Shown: positions 50,909-61,314, counted from the first letter of the whole stretch. The stretch: DNA of 63,452 bases, filler included, from Anaerolineae bacterium (GCA_029262755.1; 5 parts of 5 records of this genome joined end to end with filler, not necessarily neighbours in it); one strand, 5' to 3'. A program made the numbers and translations. Notes: generated by a model from the sequence alone, not told the origin.

Positions 50909-51742
50909 ATGCGTGAAGAGCTTCCCCCAGGGGACCGGATCGTCATTGTCGTGAGCCTCGTGCTCGCGGGGATCGTGTTGTCCTCGCTCACCGAGTTTCC
51001 GACCCTCGCGCTACAGGTCGATGCGTTCGGCACGCCCTTGGGACTGGATGTGGGTGGCCGCTGGCTGCTCGCGGTGCTGGTCGTGCTACTCGCCATGGCG
51101 GGCACGGACGGCATCGTTCGCGCCGAAGCGGGAAAGGCGAACATCGATGCCCGCTACACCGCGACCTTCTGGATCCTACCCGGACTCATCACCCTAGCCG
51201 CAGCCCTCGGATTGCCCCAGCTCTTCGATAGCCCGGCGCGTTGGCTGGGCAGCCTCGTGATTCTCGGCGGCTTGCTTGCGCTGGTCATGGACGCCGAGTA
51301 TCGCACGGTTCACGTAGGCGGGCCCTATTATCGCACGTCACGCCTTGGCTTGAACGTCGCGACCTACGGCGCGGCCTTCGCCTTGTTCGCGGCCATATAC
51401 GGACTCGAGTTGCGCAGCCTGCTCTCCGCCCCGCTCGTCGCTGCGTTTGGCTTTCCGCTTGCGTTGGAGTTGTTGCGCGGAACCGAAGAACAGCTGGAAA
51501 CCACCTGGCTTTATGGCGCGGTCGTGGCCCTCGTGCTCGGTGAGCTTACGTGGGCGCTCAACTTGTGGGGTTTGGGCGCCCTCGCCGGGGGCGGTTTGCT
51601 GCTGCTGGCCTTTTACACGCTGACGGGCCTGGCGCAACAGCATCTCGCCGGAAGGCTCAACCGCAGGGTCGTGGTGGAGTACGTCGCAACGGCCCTGATC
51701 GGTTTGGCCGCCATCCTTGCCACGACCCCGCTCGGATTCTAA
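50909..51742 (+). CDS. Multi-pass membrane protein (resembles Chloroflexota DUF5656 family)
   Basis: About nine hydrophobic helices, FWILPGL, ELTWALNLW, EY near C-terminus; family name from recall. Confidence 0.7.
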   Translation: MREELPPGDRIVIVVSLVLAGIVLSSLTEFPTLALQVDAFGTPLGLDVGGRWLLAVLVVLLAMAGTDGIVRAEAGKANIDARYTATFWILPGLITLAAALGLPQLFDSPARWLGSLVILGGLLALVMDAEYRTVHVGGPYYRTSRLGLNVATYGAAFALFAAIYGLELRSLLSAPLVAAFGFPLALELLRGTEEQLETTWLYGAVVALVLGELTWALNLWGLGALAGGGLLLLAFYTLTGLAQQHLAGRLNRRVVVEYVATALIGLAAILATTPLGF

Positions 51743-51821
51743 ACCGCGCTTGGCGATCCCTTCCGCGTTTCCGAAGTCTCTCCCGCAAACAGCGCAAGTA
51801 CCTCGCAGGTGAACTCCGGCG

Positions 51822-52706
51822 CTACAGGTTCAGGCGCTCCGTGCGACCGGGCGCAAACTCGCGGCGCGGCAATCCGGTGTTGACCGCGATATCACCGCGC
51901 TGCCAGAGGACCGCGCCGTCCTCGCTGTCGATGCGTCGAACGAGGAAGTCAGCGCCGTCGATCCAATACACGCGTTCCTGGCCATGAACGGTGCCGCTCA
52001 TGCGGAAAACGGAAACACCTTCCAAGTCCGTCTCGATCACGGAAGCATCGGACAGCTCGGAGGGCAACTCCAGGAACGCGCATTGGAGATCGGAGGGGGT
52101 TGCGAGCAACTGCGTGCCCTCACCGGCCAGAAACACTTGCTCCACAACCCGACCGTCCGCGCCGTCGACGAGCCACTCATACGTGCCGTTGGAGATATTC
52201 CACTGCTCGGCAACGCCAGGCAACAAAGACGGTCCGTCGAGCAATCGCCGGTAGAGCGGTGGTTGGCTGCCCTCGAAGCGAACCCACTCCTCGTAGCGGC
52301 GTCCCTCCGCATCACGGTACCAACCCTTGACGTCGCGCACATCGATCCAGGCTTCTGCGTTGCGTTCGATCAACTCGGATGCGGAGACGACGCGCGTGTC
52401 GTTCGCCCCCGGCCTCAGCACGGTCAAAAGAAGCAGCGCGGCGGCGGCCAGACCGACCAAGGCCGGCCGAACGCGCAGCGCCCATCGCGGCGAAGGCTCG
52501 CTCCAAGCCGCGGGCACGACATCGCCGAGACGCTGCGTCTCCGCGATGAAGTGGGCGCGCAAACCCTTGCGGAACGCTCGGCTCGGCGCCGGCGCCGGCG
52601 GTGTATGTGTGCGCAACAAGCGCTCGAGCTCCGGATCCAGCGTCGGTTCACGAGAATCCATCGGCTCCGCTCCCAAGCGCTGCGGGTTATGTTCTTGCTT
52701 CGACAC
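51822..52706 (-). CDS. Putative anti-sigma factor (N-terminal helix, TM, LolA/RseB-like extracytoplasmic domain)
   Basis: PAPSRAFRKGLR, TM LVGLAAAALLLL, VSASELI, YWIDGADFLVRRI, VNTGLPRREF; overlaps sigma gene end; GGAGGAGG RBS. Confidence 0.65.
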   Translation of the reverse strand: MSKQEHNPQRLGAEPMDSREPTLDPELERLLRTHTPPAPAPSRAFRKGLRAHFIAETQRLGDVVPAAWSEPSPRWALRVRPALVGLAAAALLLLTVLRPGANDTRVVSASELIERNAEAWIDVRDVKGWYRDAEGRRYEEWVRFEGSQPPLYRRLLDGPSLLPGVAEQWNISNGTYEWLVDGADGRVVEQVFLAGEGTQLLATPSDLQCAFLELPSELSDASVIETDLEGVSVFRMSGTVHGQERVYWIDGADFLVRRIDSEDGAVLWQRGDIAVNTGLPRREFAPGRTERLNL

Positions 52707-53247
52707 GCTCAACCTCCTCCACAATGGGCCGCAATCGGCGCTGCAATTGTCGCACGCAGCGTTCGATGGCCGTATACACTTCTCGCTGCGTGAGATCGAC
52801 GACGTCGGCGATCTCGCGCGCGGTCAAACCTTCCCAAAATCGAAGCCCAACAATGTCGCGATCGAGCGGATCGAGGTGCTGCAGGGCTCGGGCGACCAAG
52901 ATGGCGCGATCGCTGTCATCTCTGCGGTCGATCGTGGATGTCCACATGTCGGCCCAAGCGTCGTGCCTGACCTTCTCGCGACTCCAGCGGCGCAACGTGT
53001 TCTTGTAGACATTGCCTGCGATACGATAGACCCACACCCGGGTTGATCGTTCCGCATCCGGACCAGGCTTGAATCGCCCCAGCGCCTTTAGAATCCGCTC
53101 GAAGGTCTCGGCCGTGAGGTCCTCGGCCGTCTCCGTATCGGCCGTCCTGCGCCGAAAATACGCATAGACGAGCGGAAACCATCGGTCGTAGAATGCGGCC
53201 GCAGCTTGGCCGTGCGTATCGCCGTTCCCGTGCGATGGGGATTGCAT
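52687..53247 (-). CDS. ECF RNA polymerase sigma factor
   Basis: AEDLTAETF, WVYRIAGN (region 2); LRFWEGLTAREIADVV (region 4). Confidence 0.92.
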   Translation of the reverse strand: MQSPSHGNGDTHGQAAAAFYDRWFPLVYAYFRRRTADTETAEDLTAETFERILKALGRFKPGPDAERSTRVWVYRIAGNVYKNTLRRWSREKVRHDAWADMWTSTIDRRDDSDRAILVARALQHLDPLDRDIVGLRFWEGLTAREIADVVDLTQREVYTAIERCVRQLQRRLRPIVEEVERVEART

Positions 53248-53488
53248 GCAAGATCCTTGGTGCCTGGGCGCCGGCCCCTTCGTCGAGTCTTGAAACACGC
53301 GGCGGTACGGGGATTCCGAATCGCATCGCCGGCGGCGCCGGTTCGCTGGTCGCACAAGGGTCCACGAGCCGGACGCTTCGTTTCAGCATCGGCCGTCGTT
53401 TGGTCAGCCGCTCGCCCCGAATCGCCACGAATCGCGGCGCTTCGGCACCCTTTGTTCGGTCATCTTATTCTTGGACGAGCCCTTAACG

Positions 53489-53522
53489 CACGAACGGACC
53501 GCGAGCTCGCGGTCCGTTCGTG
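53489..53522. terminator. Perfect 34-bp palindrome directly downstream of tRNA-Asp
   Basis: CACGAACGGACCGCGAG|CTCGCGGTCCGTTCGTG. Confidence 0.65.
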
Positions 53523-53526
53523 GCTG

Positions 53527-53600
53527 CGGGAGCGACGGGATTCGAACCCGCGATCTCCGGCTTGACAGGCCGGTGTGTTAGGCCTCTACACCACGCCCCC
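53527..53600 (-). tRNA. tRNA-Asp(GTC), CCA not encoded directly
   Basis: GGGGGCG/CGCTCCC acceptor stem, D-arm GTGT/ACAC, anticodon arm CCGGC-CTGTCAA-GCCGG, T-arm GCGGG-TTCGAAT-CCCGT, discriminator G followed by CAG. Confidence 0.96.
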
Positions 53601-53613
53601 CGACAACGGCGAG

Positions 53614-53642
53614 ATTATATGGGCGGCTCCCATCGTGGTCAA
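53614..53642 (-). promoter_or_regulatory. Near-consensus sigma70 promoter for tRNA-Asp
   Basis: TTGACC-17 nt-TATAAT ending 13 nt before tRNA G1. Confidence 0.8.
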
Positions 53643-53761
53643 CCAATTCGGGCGCATCAGGGCAATCTCGTCGTGGGACTGCGCACCACGCCTGTGCGGT
53701 CCGCGTTCACATCCCCTCTACTTTGAATGGACGAGGCGCGGGGGCGCTACAATCCCGCACC

Positions 53762-55267
53762 ATGAACAACCTTCTCCGTGGTGCGGGTACCGGCCCTAGT
53801 CTCGGCCCCTTGGACCGATACAAGGGACTTGTCGATGACTGGCCGGCCTTCGCCGAGTGCGCCTTGTCTCCGTTGCCGCAGACCGTGTGGGCGAATCGTC
53901 TCCGCGTCGAACCGGCGCGGCTGCCGGCCCTACTGGCCGACGTTGCCGTCGAGGCGGAGCCCCTTCCCTGGTTGCCGGATGCGTTCGTCGTGGATGCTTC
54001 GCTCGCCAGGCAGGGAATCGGGCGCACATGGCCGTATTTGGCCGGGCTGCTCCACGTCCAAGAAGCCGTCTCCATGATCCCGGTCGAGCTGCTGGATGTA
54101 CGGCCCGGTATGCGCGTGCTCGATCTGTGCGCCGCGCCCGGAAACAAGACGGCCCAGATCGCCGTGCGTCTGGCGAACCGGGGCACCGTCGTTGCCAACG
54201 ATCCCTACGTGGATCGTTTGCGCGCGCTGCGTCAAAACCTGGACCGCCTGGGCATGGAGAATGTATCCGTCACGCGCTGGGATGGCGCCTCGCTGCCGGC
54301 GGGTGTCGGCCGCTTCGATCGAGTTCTTGTGGACGCACCCTGTTCCTGCGAGGGCACGACCCGCAAGAACAAGCGCCTGCTCGAATCCGGAATCAGCCCG
54401 GACCGCAACCGTCTGGCCCGCACGCAGCGCGACCTCCTGCGTCGCGCGCTCACGCTGCTTCGGCCCGGCGGCCGGCTTGTCTACAGCACGTGCACCTACG
54501 CGCCCGAAGAAAACGAGCTCGTCGTACACACGACGCTCGAAGGCAGGGACGATCTGCGGCTGCTACCGGCGAGGCTACCGGGACTGCGCAGCGAACCGGG
54601 CATCACACGCTGGCGCGACGAGGCGTTGCATCCGGATCTGCGTCGGACGATGCGGGTTTGGCCCCATCACAACGACACGGGTGGATTCTTCGTCGCGGTT
54701 CTCGAGCGTATGACAACCGACCCTCCGGCCGTCTTCGCGCCGGATCCGCGTCCACCACGCGCCGATGCCGACGCCGCGCGTTGGCGCTCGATGCTCATCG
54801 AACGCTATGGCCTTCCAGACTCGGCCTTTGCCGGCCGGCTGCTCGTGCGTCGCAGGCGGGAAGGCCTGCACCTGTTGAGCGCCGATCATCGACCGCCGGG
54901 CAAGCCTGCGCCGGAGGCTAGCGGGCTTTATCTGCTGCGCACGGACCCACGCTATCCGAAGCCGACTACCGAGGGCGCGATGGCCTTCGGCGCCCTTGCG
55001 ACACGCAATGTGGTGGATCTGGACCCAACGCAGACCGCGTCCTTTCTCGGACGCCGCGACACTGTGCTCGACGCACAGACCGGCTCCCGCTGCCCGAGCG
55101 GCGGCTACGTAATCGTACGCCACGGTGGGTTCCCGCTCGGCGTCGGCGTCTGGCTGCCGGGCGAGGGGGGCACGGGCGAGGGCCGGTTGGTGAGCCAATA
55201 CCCGAAGGCATTGTCGCCACAGGCTGATCGCGATCCTGTGGGGACGGCGCCGGTGAGCGAGGCCTGA
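53762..55267 (+). CDS. RsmB/RsmF (NOL1/NOP2/Sun) RNA m5C methyltransferase
   Basis: HVQEAVSM, LDLCAAPGNKT, DAPCSCEG, YSTCT, GFFVA; C-terminal RsmF/PUA-like region; TACAAT 8 nt before ATG. Confidence 0.92.
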   Translation: MNNLLRGAGTGPSLGPLDRYKGLVDDWPAFAECALSPLPQTVWANRLRVEPARLPALLADVAVEAEPLPWLPDAFVVDASLARQGIGRTWPYLAGLLHVQEAVSMIPVELLDVRPGMRVLDLCAAPGNKTAQIAVRLANRGTVVANDPYVDRLRALRQNLDRLGMENVSVTRWDGASLPAGVGRFDRVLVDAPCSCEGTTRKNKRLLESGISPDRNRLARTQRDLLRRALTLLRPGGRLVYSTCTYAPEENELVVHTTLEGRDDLRLLPARLPGLRSEPGITRWRDEALHPDLRRTMRVWPHHNDTGGFFVAVLERMTTDPPAVFAPDPRPPRADADAARWRSMLIERYGLPDSAFAGRLLVRRRREGLHLLSADHRPPGKPAPEASGLYLLRTDPRYPKPTTEGAMAFGALATRNVVDLDPTQTASFLGRRDTVLDAQTGSRCPSGGYVIVRHGGFPLGVGVWLPGEGGTGEGRLVSQYPKALSPQADRDPVGTAPVSEA

Positions 55268-55298
55268 GGGCTCGTCAACCACAAGAGGCGCTAGAGCC

Positions 55299-56327
55299 CT
55301 AGGCCAGCGCGTCGGAAAAGGCTTGGACGGTCCGGTCGATGTCCTCGCTGTCGATCTGCGCATGCGTTACGGCGCGCAGCGTTCTTGGCCCGGAAGGAAG
55401 TACCCGGACATCGTGTTGTGCCAAGGATTCGGCCAGCGTTGTCGGCGAGCGGGACGGATCCGTGACATCGATATATACGATGTTCGTGTGGACCCGCGCC
55501 GGATCGCAGGCGATGCCACGTAGCGCGTGCAGGCCAACCGCAAGGCGCCGGGCGTGAGCGTGATCATCCACCAGGCGCTCGGTCATCGTCTCGAGAGCCA
55601 CCAGTCCGGCCGCAGCCAGGACGCCCGCCTGCCGCATGCCGCCACCCAGCCTTTTGCGTGCGCGGCGCCCTTCCGCGACGAACTCGGCGCTGCCGCAGAG
55701 CACACTTCCCACAGGGGCACTCAACCCCTTGGACAAGCAAAACGTCACCGAATCGGCGTCGGCGGCGAGGTCGGCGACCGGCACGCCGAGGGCCGTGGCT
55801 GCGTTGAACAGGCGTGCGCCGTCCAGATGAACCGCCAAGCCGTTTTGATCGGCTACGGCACGTACACGCGCCATATATGCGGGGCGCAATGGGACCCCGT
55901 CGCAAACATTGTGGGTGCTCTCCAAACAGATGAGCCTGCTGCGCGCGAACGTGGCAAAGTCCGGTCGCACGGCCGCCGCGATCACGTCGGGGTCCAGCGT
56001 GCCGTCCGCCTCCGTGGCCACGATGCGCGGTTGCACGCCGGCTATCGCCGCCATGCCACCGCCCTCGTAGTGCACCGTATGCGACCGGTCGCCGACGATG
56101 GCTTCGTCGCCGGGTCGCGCATGGGTCAACAACGCGATCAGGTTGCCCATCGTACCGCTTGTCACCAACAGAGCGGCTTCCTTGCCGAGACGGCGCGCTG
56201 CTTCCCGCTCGAGCGCGTTCACGGTCGGGTCTTCGCCGAACACATCGTCGCCCAGCGCGGCCTCTACCATGGCCGAGCGCATAGCCGGTGTGGGTTTTGT
56301 TACGGTGTCGCTACGCAGATCGATCAC
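55299..56327 (-). CDS. ltaE: Low-specificity L-threonine aldolase
   Basis: IDLRSDTVT, GDDVFGEDPT, SGTMGN, HLDGARLFNA, CLSKGL, GGGMRQAG; GTGA overlap with gltX. Confidence 0.95.
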   Translation of the reverse strand: MIDLRSDTVTKPTPAMRSAMVEAALGDDVFGEDPTVNALEREAARRLGKEAALLVTSGTMGNLIALLTHARPGDEAIVGDRSHTVHYEGGGMAAIAGVQPRIVATEADGTLDPDVIAAAVRPDFATFARSRLICLESTHNVCDGVPLRPAYMARVRAVADQNGLAVHLDGARLFNAATALGVPVADLAADADSVTFCLSKGLSAPVGSVLCGSAEFVAEGRRARKRLGGGMRQAGVLAAAGLVALETMTERLVDDHAHARRLAVGLHALRGIACDPARVHTNIVYIDVTDPSRSPTTLAESLAQHDVRVLPSGPRTLRAVTHAQIDSEDIDRTVQAFSDALA

Positions 56328-57859
56328 GGAGCAGAATCCTCTTCGCACGCGCCCTCGGCCGTGGCCTCGAGCAACGCGATGGCCGCGTCGATCCGTGCCA
56401 ACGCAGCTTCCTTGCCCAGCGCAGCGAGGGTGTCGAACAGCGGTGGAGCCGCTTTGCTGCCCGTGACCGCGACGCGAATCGGCTGGAATAGCGGCCCCGC
56501 CTTCACGCCATCCGCAACGGCCCGCGCACGCAGCACCTCCTCCAACGCCGTCGCGCTCCAATCGGTCTGCGCAATGAGCGTATCGCGGCCGGCGGCAAGC
56601 AAGCGGGCCGTGTCCGCCGCGTCGTGCTTGCGTGGCACGAGATCGGCGGGATCGACTTCGACGCGGTCCGCCCACAGAAAGCCGGCCTGATCCACGACAT
56701 CGCGAAGGGTCGTGATGCGCTCCTGGACCAGGGGCACGGCGGCACGGAGACGCGCGCCTCCGTCGCTCGTGACATCGATGCCGGCCTGCTCGAGGAACGG
56801 TGTGAGCCGCGCGGCAAGCTCCTCGGGCGCCATGGCGCGCAGGTAATGGCCGTTCATGGCGTCGAGACGCGCGGGGTCCCAACGCGCCGGCGCGGGATTG
56901 ACGTCCTCCAGACGGAAGCGCGCGACGGCTTCGTCCGCCGTGAAGATGTCCTGGTCGCCGCTGAAGGACCAGCCGAGCAGGCACAGATAGTTGAACATCG
57001 CTTCCGGAAGATACCCGGCGTCCCGGTACTCGTTGACCTGCGTCATGCGCACCGCCTCGGTAGGCTCCGCGCCGCCCTCGGCGCCGGCAACCGTCTTGCG
57101 CTTGGCCAGTTTCCCGCGGCCGTCGGGATTCAAGACCATCGGGACGTGTGCATGGACGGGCGGCTCCCAGCCGAATGCCTGATAGAGCGCCAAATGGTAG
57201 GCGGTGCTCGACACCCACTCGTCCGCCCGGATCACGTGGCTTACCCGCATATGGTGGTCGTCGACGACCACCGCCAGGTGGTAGGTCGGCCATCCGTCGC
57301 TCTTGAGCACGATGATGTCGTACAGGTCTTCCACCTCGCGAGTGACCGCGCCGAGGACCACATCGTCGAGCGTAAACGAGCCCTCGGTGGGCATCTTCAA
57401 ACGGATGGTATGAGCCTCACCGGCGTCCTGCCTGGCGCGCGCCTCGGCGGCGTTCCGCGCACGACAACGTCCATCGTATGGCCCCTTGCGTCCGGCCGCT
57501 CGGCGTTCCAGGCGAACCTCGTCTAGTCGATCGGCCGTGCAGAAGCACGGATAGGCGTGGCCGGATTCCACCAAGGCCTGGGCGTGCTCCTCGTACAGCG
57601 CCCGCCGCTCGCTCTGTACGTAGGGCCCGGCCGGACCGCCCACGAAGGGGCCTTCGTCCGGTTGCACGCCGAGCCACGCCAGGCCGTCTCGAAAGTCCTC
57701 GAGCGCCCCCGCAACCAGACGTTCACGGTCGGTGTCCTCGACGCGCCACAGGAACGCGCCACCCGTTTGCTTGGCGTATAGCCAGTTGAAGAGCACGGTA
57801 CGCGCGTTGCCGACGTGCATGTAGCCTGTAGGGGAAGGAGCAATTCGTACGCGCGTCAT
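56324..57859 (-). CDS. gltX: Glutamate--tRNA ligase
   Basis: RIAPSPTGYMHVGN, RVEDTD, YPCFC, PTYHLAVVVDD, KLAKR, anticodon-binding domain (RVAVTG...PPLF). Confidence 0.95.
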   Translation of the reverse strand: MTRVRIAPSPTGYMHVGNARTVLFNWLYAKQTGGAFLWRVEDTDRERLVAGALEDFRDGLAWLGVQPDEGPFVGGPAGPYVQSERRALYEEHAQALVESGHAYPCFCTADRLDEVRLERRAAGRKGPYDGRCRARNAAEARARQDAGEAHTIRLKMPTEGSFTLDDVVLGAVTREVEDLYDIIVLKSDGWPTYHLAVVVDDHHMRVSHVIRADEWVSSTAYHLALYQAFGWEPPVHAHVPMVLNPDGRGKLAKRKTVAGAEGGAEPTEAVRMTQVNEYRDAGYLPEAMFNYLCLLGWSFSGDQDIFTADEAVARFRLEDVNPAPARWDPARLDAMNGHYLRAMAPEELAARLTPFLEQAGIDVTSDGGARLRAAVPLVQERITTLRDVVDQAGFLWADRVEVDPADLVPRKHDAADTARLLAAGRDTLIAQTDWSATALEEVLRARAVADGVKAGPLFQPIRVAVTGSKAAPPLFDTLAALGKEAALARIDAAIALLEATAEGACEEDSAP

Positions 57860-57982
57860 GAGAGGACTCCAGGCAGCGGGGGCTCGGTTGCCGGGCATAG
57901 CCTCGGCCGGGCCTTGGTAGGATCGAGGTTCGGACGATCCGCGCGGCACGCGGATCGGCGGGACGGCTGGAGAACGGTACGG

Positions 57983-58802
57983 CTACCGTTCGCCGAAAGT
58001 CAGCGACGGGCGGCGCAGCAGTACGGCCTGAACGAGCCCGATAGCACCCAGAGCGGTCACCAGGCTCGAACCTCCGTAGGAGACGAATGGCAACGAAACG
58101 CCGGTGACGGGCAGCAACTGCAGGACTACGCCGACATTGACCGCGATCTGGCCGAGCAGGTAGACCGCTACGCCGACGCAGAGCAAGGCGCCCAGACGAT
58201 CGCGCGATGCCGCCGCGGCGCGCAGGACGCGCAGTACCACGAAGCCGAGCAGCAGCAGGAGTACCGCACCGCCGACAAAGCCCAACTCTTCGGCGACAAG
58301 GGCGAAGATGTTATCGGTGTGCATAAGCGGTAGCCAACCGCCCTGCGATTGCAGGCCCCGTGCAAAGCCGACCCCACCGACGCCGCCGCTGCCCACGGCG
58401 ATCAGCGTGTGCAGGTTCTGAAATCCGATACCGCCCGGATCGATCGACGGATCCAACCACGCCAGAACGCGGCGCAACTGGTACTGCTCCAGGACGTCCG
58501 CCGACAGCATGAAGGCCAACATCGGCGCAGCGAAAACGCTAAGAAGCGCGACGTGGGGCAGGCGCAGGCCGGCGGTAAACGCCATGCCCGCCCAGATGGC
58601 GCCGAGCAACAGCGCGGTGGAGAGATCGGGCTGTCGGAGGACGAGGGCCATCGCCACGAGTACCAGCGCGAGCGAACCGAGTACGTGGCGCCCTTTGCGA
58701 ATCTCAAAGCGCTCGAAGTACGCGGCGAGCACCACGATCATCGCGAGCTTCGATACCTCGCTTGGTTGAAAGGTCACAGGACCGATGAAGAACGAGCGCA
58801 CG
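57983..58802 (-). CDS. SEDS protein RodA/FtsW, 5'-truncated
   Basis: FQPSEVSK, QPDLST, HTDNIFALVAEELGFVG, PVTGVSLPFVSYGGSS. Confidence 0.93.
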
Positions 58803-58902
58803 NNNNNNNNNNNNNNNNNNNNNNNNNNNNNNNNNNNNNNNNNNNNTTAATTAATTAANNNNNNNNNNNNNNNNNNNNNNNNNNNNNNNNNNNNNNNNNN
58901 NN
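58803..58902. other. Artificial contig spacer
   Basis: N44-TTAATTAATTAA-N44. Confidence 0.98.
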
Positions 58903-61314
58903 CACGGCGGCTGACGACGACAGGAGATCGGAGATCTCCACGAACCCGTCTTCGACGCCGCTTCCGGTCCGTGCGACGATGCCGTCGCGCACCGCCACGA
59001 TGGGGAAGCCGGGAACCGCTGCGGCGAGCGTGCCGACGGGCGCAAGATCGGGCAACGCGGCGAGGTCGAAGGCGAGCAGGCTGGGACAGGGTGGATCTTC
59101 GTGGGTCGCGCAGCCTACGCGATGCGTGACGACGCGGCCCTGACCGGCAGCGAGTACCCGCTGCGGGTGATCTGCCACGCCGCGCAGCGCGGGCGCGCTC
59201 GGATCGCGGACGTCGAGCACGTGCATGCCGAAGGAGCCGGAGACGAACACGTGGTCGTCGGCCAGCGCGAGGTGGGTGATGTCGCTATCGAAGGGCGCGC
59301 TCTCGTGCACCCACTGCGGCGTCGTGGGATCGGTCACGTCTGCCAGCCGCAGGCGACGGCCGGCGGCGAGCGCGAGCACGCCGCGGTCCATCGCGACCGC
59401 GTTGGGCGGCGCGCCGGTCCACTCCGCGGGGTCGTCGTAGTCCGAGATATCCGCGCGGATGAACACGTGCGGCTCCACGCTCTCGTCGATGGCGAGCGGT
59501 CGCTCGACCGGCCCTTCCGTCGCGCTCCGCCCCGGATAGCCGGGGATTGCGGGCGTCGGCGTCCCGTCGGTCGCAGCCGGGCCGTCGACGACCTCGCCGT
59601 ACTCGATCGGTGCCTCATCGCCGGCCCCACGGGCGTAGGGAGACTGGACGAGGTCGATGCGCAGACCGTCGCGCAGCTCGCCCCATTCGTTGGTCACGCT
59701 GCGCCAGTGGGCCTCGTGGTCGGGCGTCCACGCGCGGTCCGGGGCGCTGAAGAGGACGATGGGGCCGATCCAGTCGCCCCAGTGCTCCGCCGCGTAGTCG
59801 AGGGCGCGCTCGATGTAGTCGGCGCGCGTCCGGCCGTCGACGGCGCTCCAGTGGTAGGGGGATTCCGGGCGCTCGTCCGTCGTCCAGCTGAGCTCCGTGA
59901 TGACGATCGGCGTCTCGCCGTCGCCGCGGCCGTCCATGATCGCGCGCAGGTCCTCGACGCGCCGGAAGGTGAAGAAGCGCTGCCCGCCGAGCTCCGGGTC
60001 GGCCGCCGCCTCGTCGGGCGACACCTCGGGCGCCGCGCGGAAGCCGGGCGCGTGGGCGCCGAGGGCGTCGAAGAAGGGGGCGCTGGGTCGGTCGCCGGGC
60101 CGTACCACATCCGGCCTGAAGCCACCGAGTTCTTCGGAGGCCATGGCGTCGTAGAGCGCTTCCAGATAGAGGTCGTCCGCCATCGCGTCGGGCATGCCGT
60201 CGTCGCCCGTGGGTGCTAGACCGGCGCTTATCACGTGGGCGGGAGACTCAGCCTCCCGCAGTGCGCTGCGCGCTTCGGCAAGGACATGGGCATAAGCTAA
60301 GGCGTCCGGGGCCGCGGGCCAGCTATCCGGATGGCGCAGGTTGGGCTCGTTGCCGATCTCGTAGGCATCTACCTGATCGCGGTAACGGTGGGCGAACTCG
60401 AAGACGAAGTTCCACCACGCCTCCATGTCGTAGGGTGTCTGGCCCGGCCTGAGCGAGTCCAGGTCATCCCGTAGCGCCCACGGCGGCGGGACGTCGAGCT
60501 GCACGAGCACGCGCAGATTGGGCGCCGAACGGGCAAGGCCTTCGAAGAAGCGATCGCTGTGCTGGAAGTCGAAGCCGGGCGGTGCCGATTGGTCATAGCG
60601 CGGCGGCGGGTAGGCATCGAGGTCGATCCACACAGGTTGCAGGTCGCGCCAGGCGAAGCGTTGCTTGACCCACCGGAAGCCCTGGCGCTGGAAGACCTGC
60701 AGCTGACGATCGCCCGGATTCCGCTCATACCAATGGAGCCATGACTGGATGCCGACACCCCAGTGCAGGGGGGCGGGGAAGAGCTCTTCGACCACATCAT
60801 CCGCCCCTTCGCCTTCGAACCATGAACGATCGTCCACGACATCCGCCATCTGCTCGTCCGACTCCGCCACGCCGGGTGTGTCCGCGCCGAAAAGCCCCAT
60901 GCCCCGTGCGGCAAGCAGGGCCATGGCGAGCAATGCGGTGGCGAGGATCGGCAGGTCCCAGCGACGATCCCGGCCACCGGCGCCGGGACGGCTCGGCGGG
61001 GGCGGCGCGTCGTTGAAGTCGACATCCACGTCGACATCAAACTCGTCGGGCGCGTCGCCCTGCGCGTCGGCGCTCAGATCGTCGCCCGGCCAGTCCGCGT
61101 CGGCGTCCGCGTTGGTGTCGGTCGGCGTGTCGACTCGCGGCCCGGATTCCGGCTCGACCGGCCCGGTACCGGCCTGATTCGAATCGTCCGCCGGTGCGGC
61201 CTGTGCTCCCGGGGTGGCATGCATGCGGTCGATAGCCTCAAGGTCGTCGGGCGACGGATCGTTCGGCTGCGGTTCGCTGGTCTGTAATTCGCTAGGCTGT
61301 GGGACATCGGCCAT
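58903..61314 (-). CDS. Membrane-anchored clan-A glycoside hydrolase (GH5/GH39-like) with LVIVD-type repeats, 3'-truncated
   Basis: Acidic disordered N-terminus, TM, WVKQRFAW, YEIGNEPN, FDALGAH, ITELSW; then LADVTDPTTP and VLDVRDPSAP repeats. Confidence 0.78.

Noticed and set aside
53527..53600. tRNA-Asp as an integration site for a genomic island
   Set aside because: No integrase, no duplicated tRNA 3' end and no compositional shift nearby
55299..57293. Apparent 664-aa ORF suggesting a long N-terminal fusion to threonine aldolase
   Set aside because: The extension is an off-frame overlap with gltX; the real start is GTG 56327, coupled to the gltX stop
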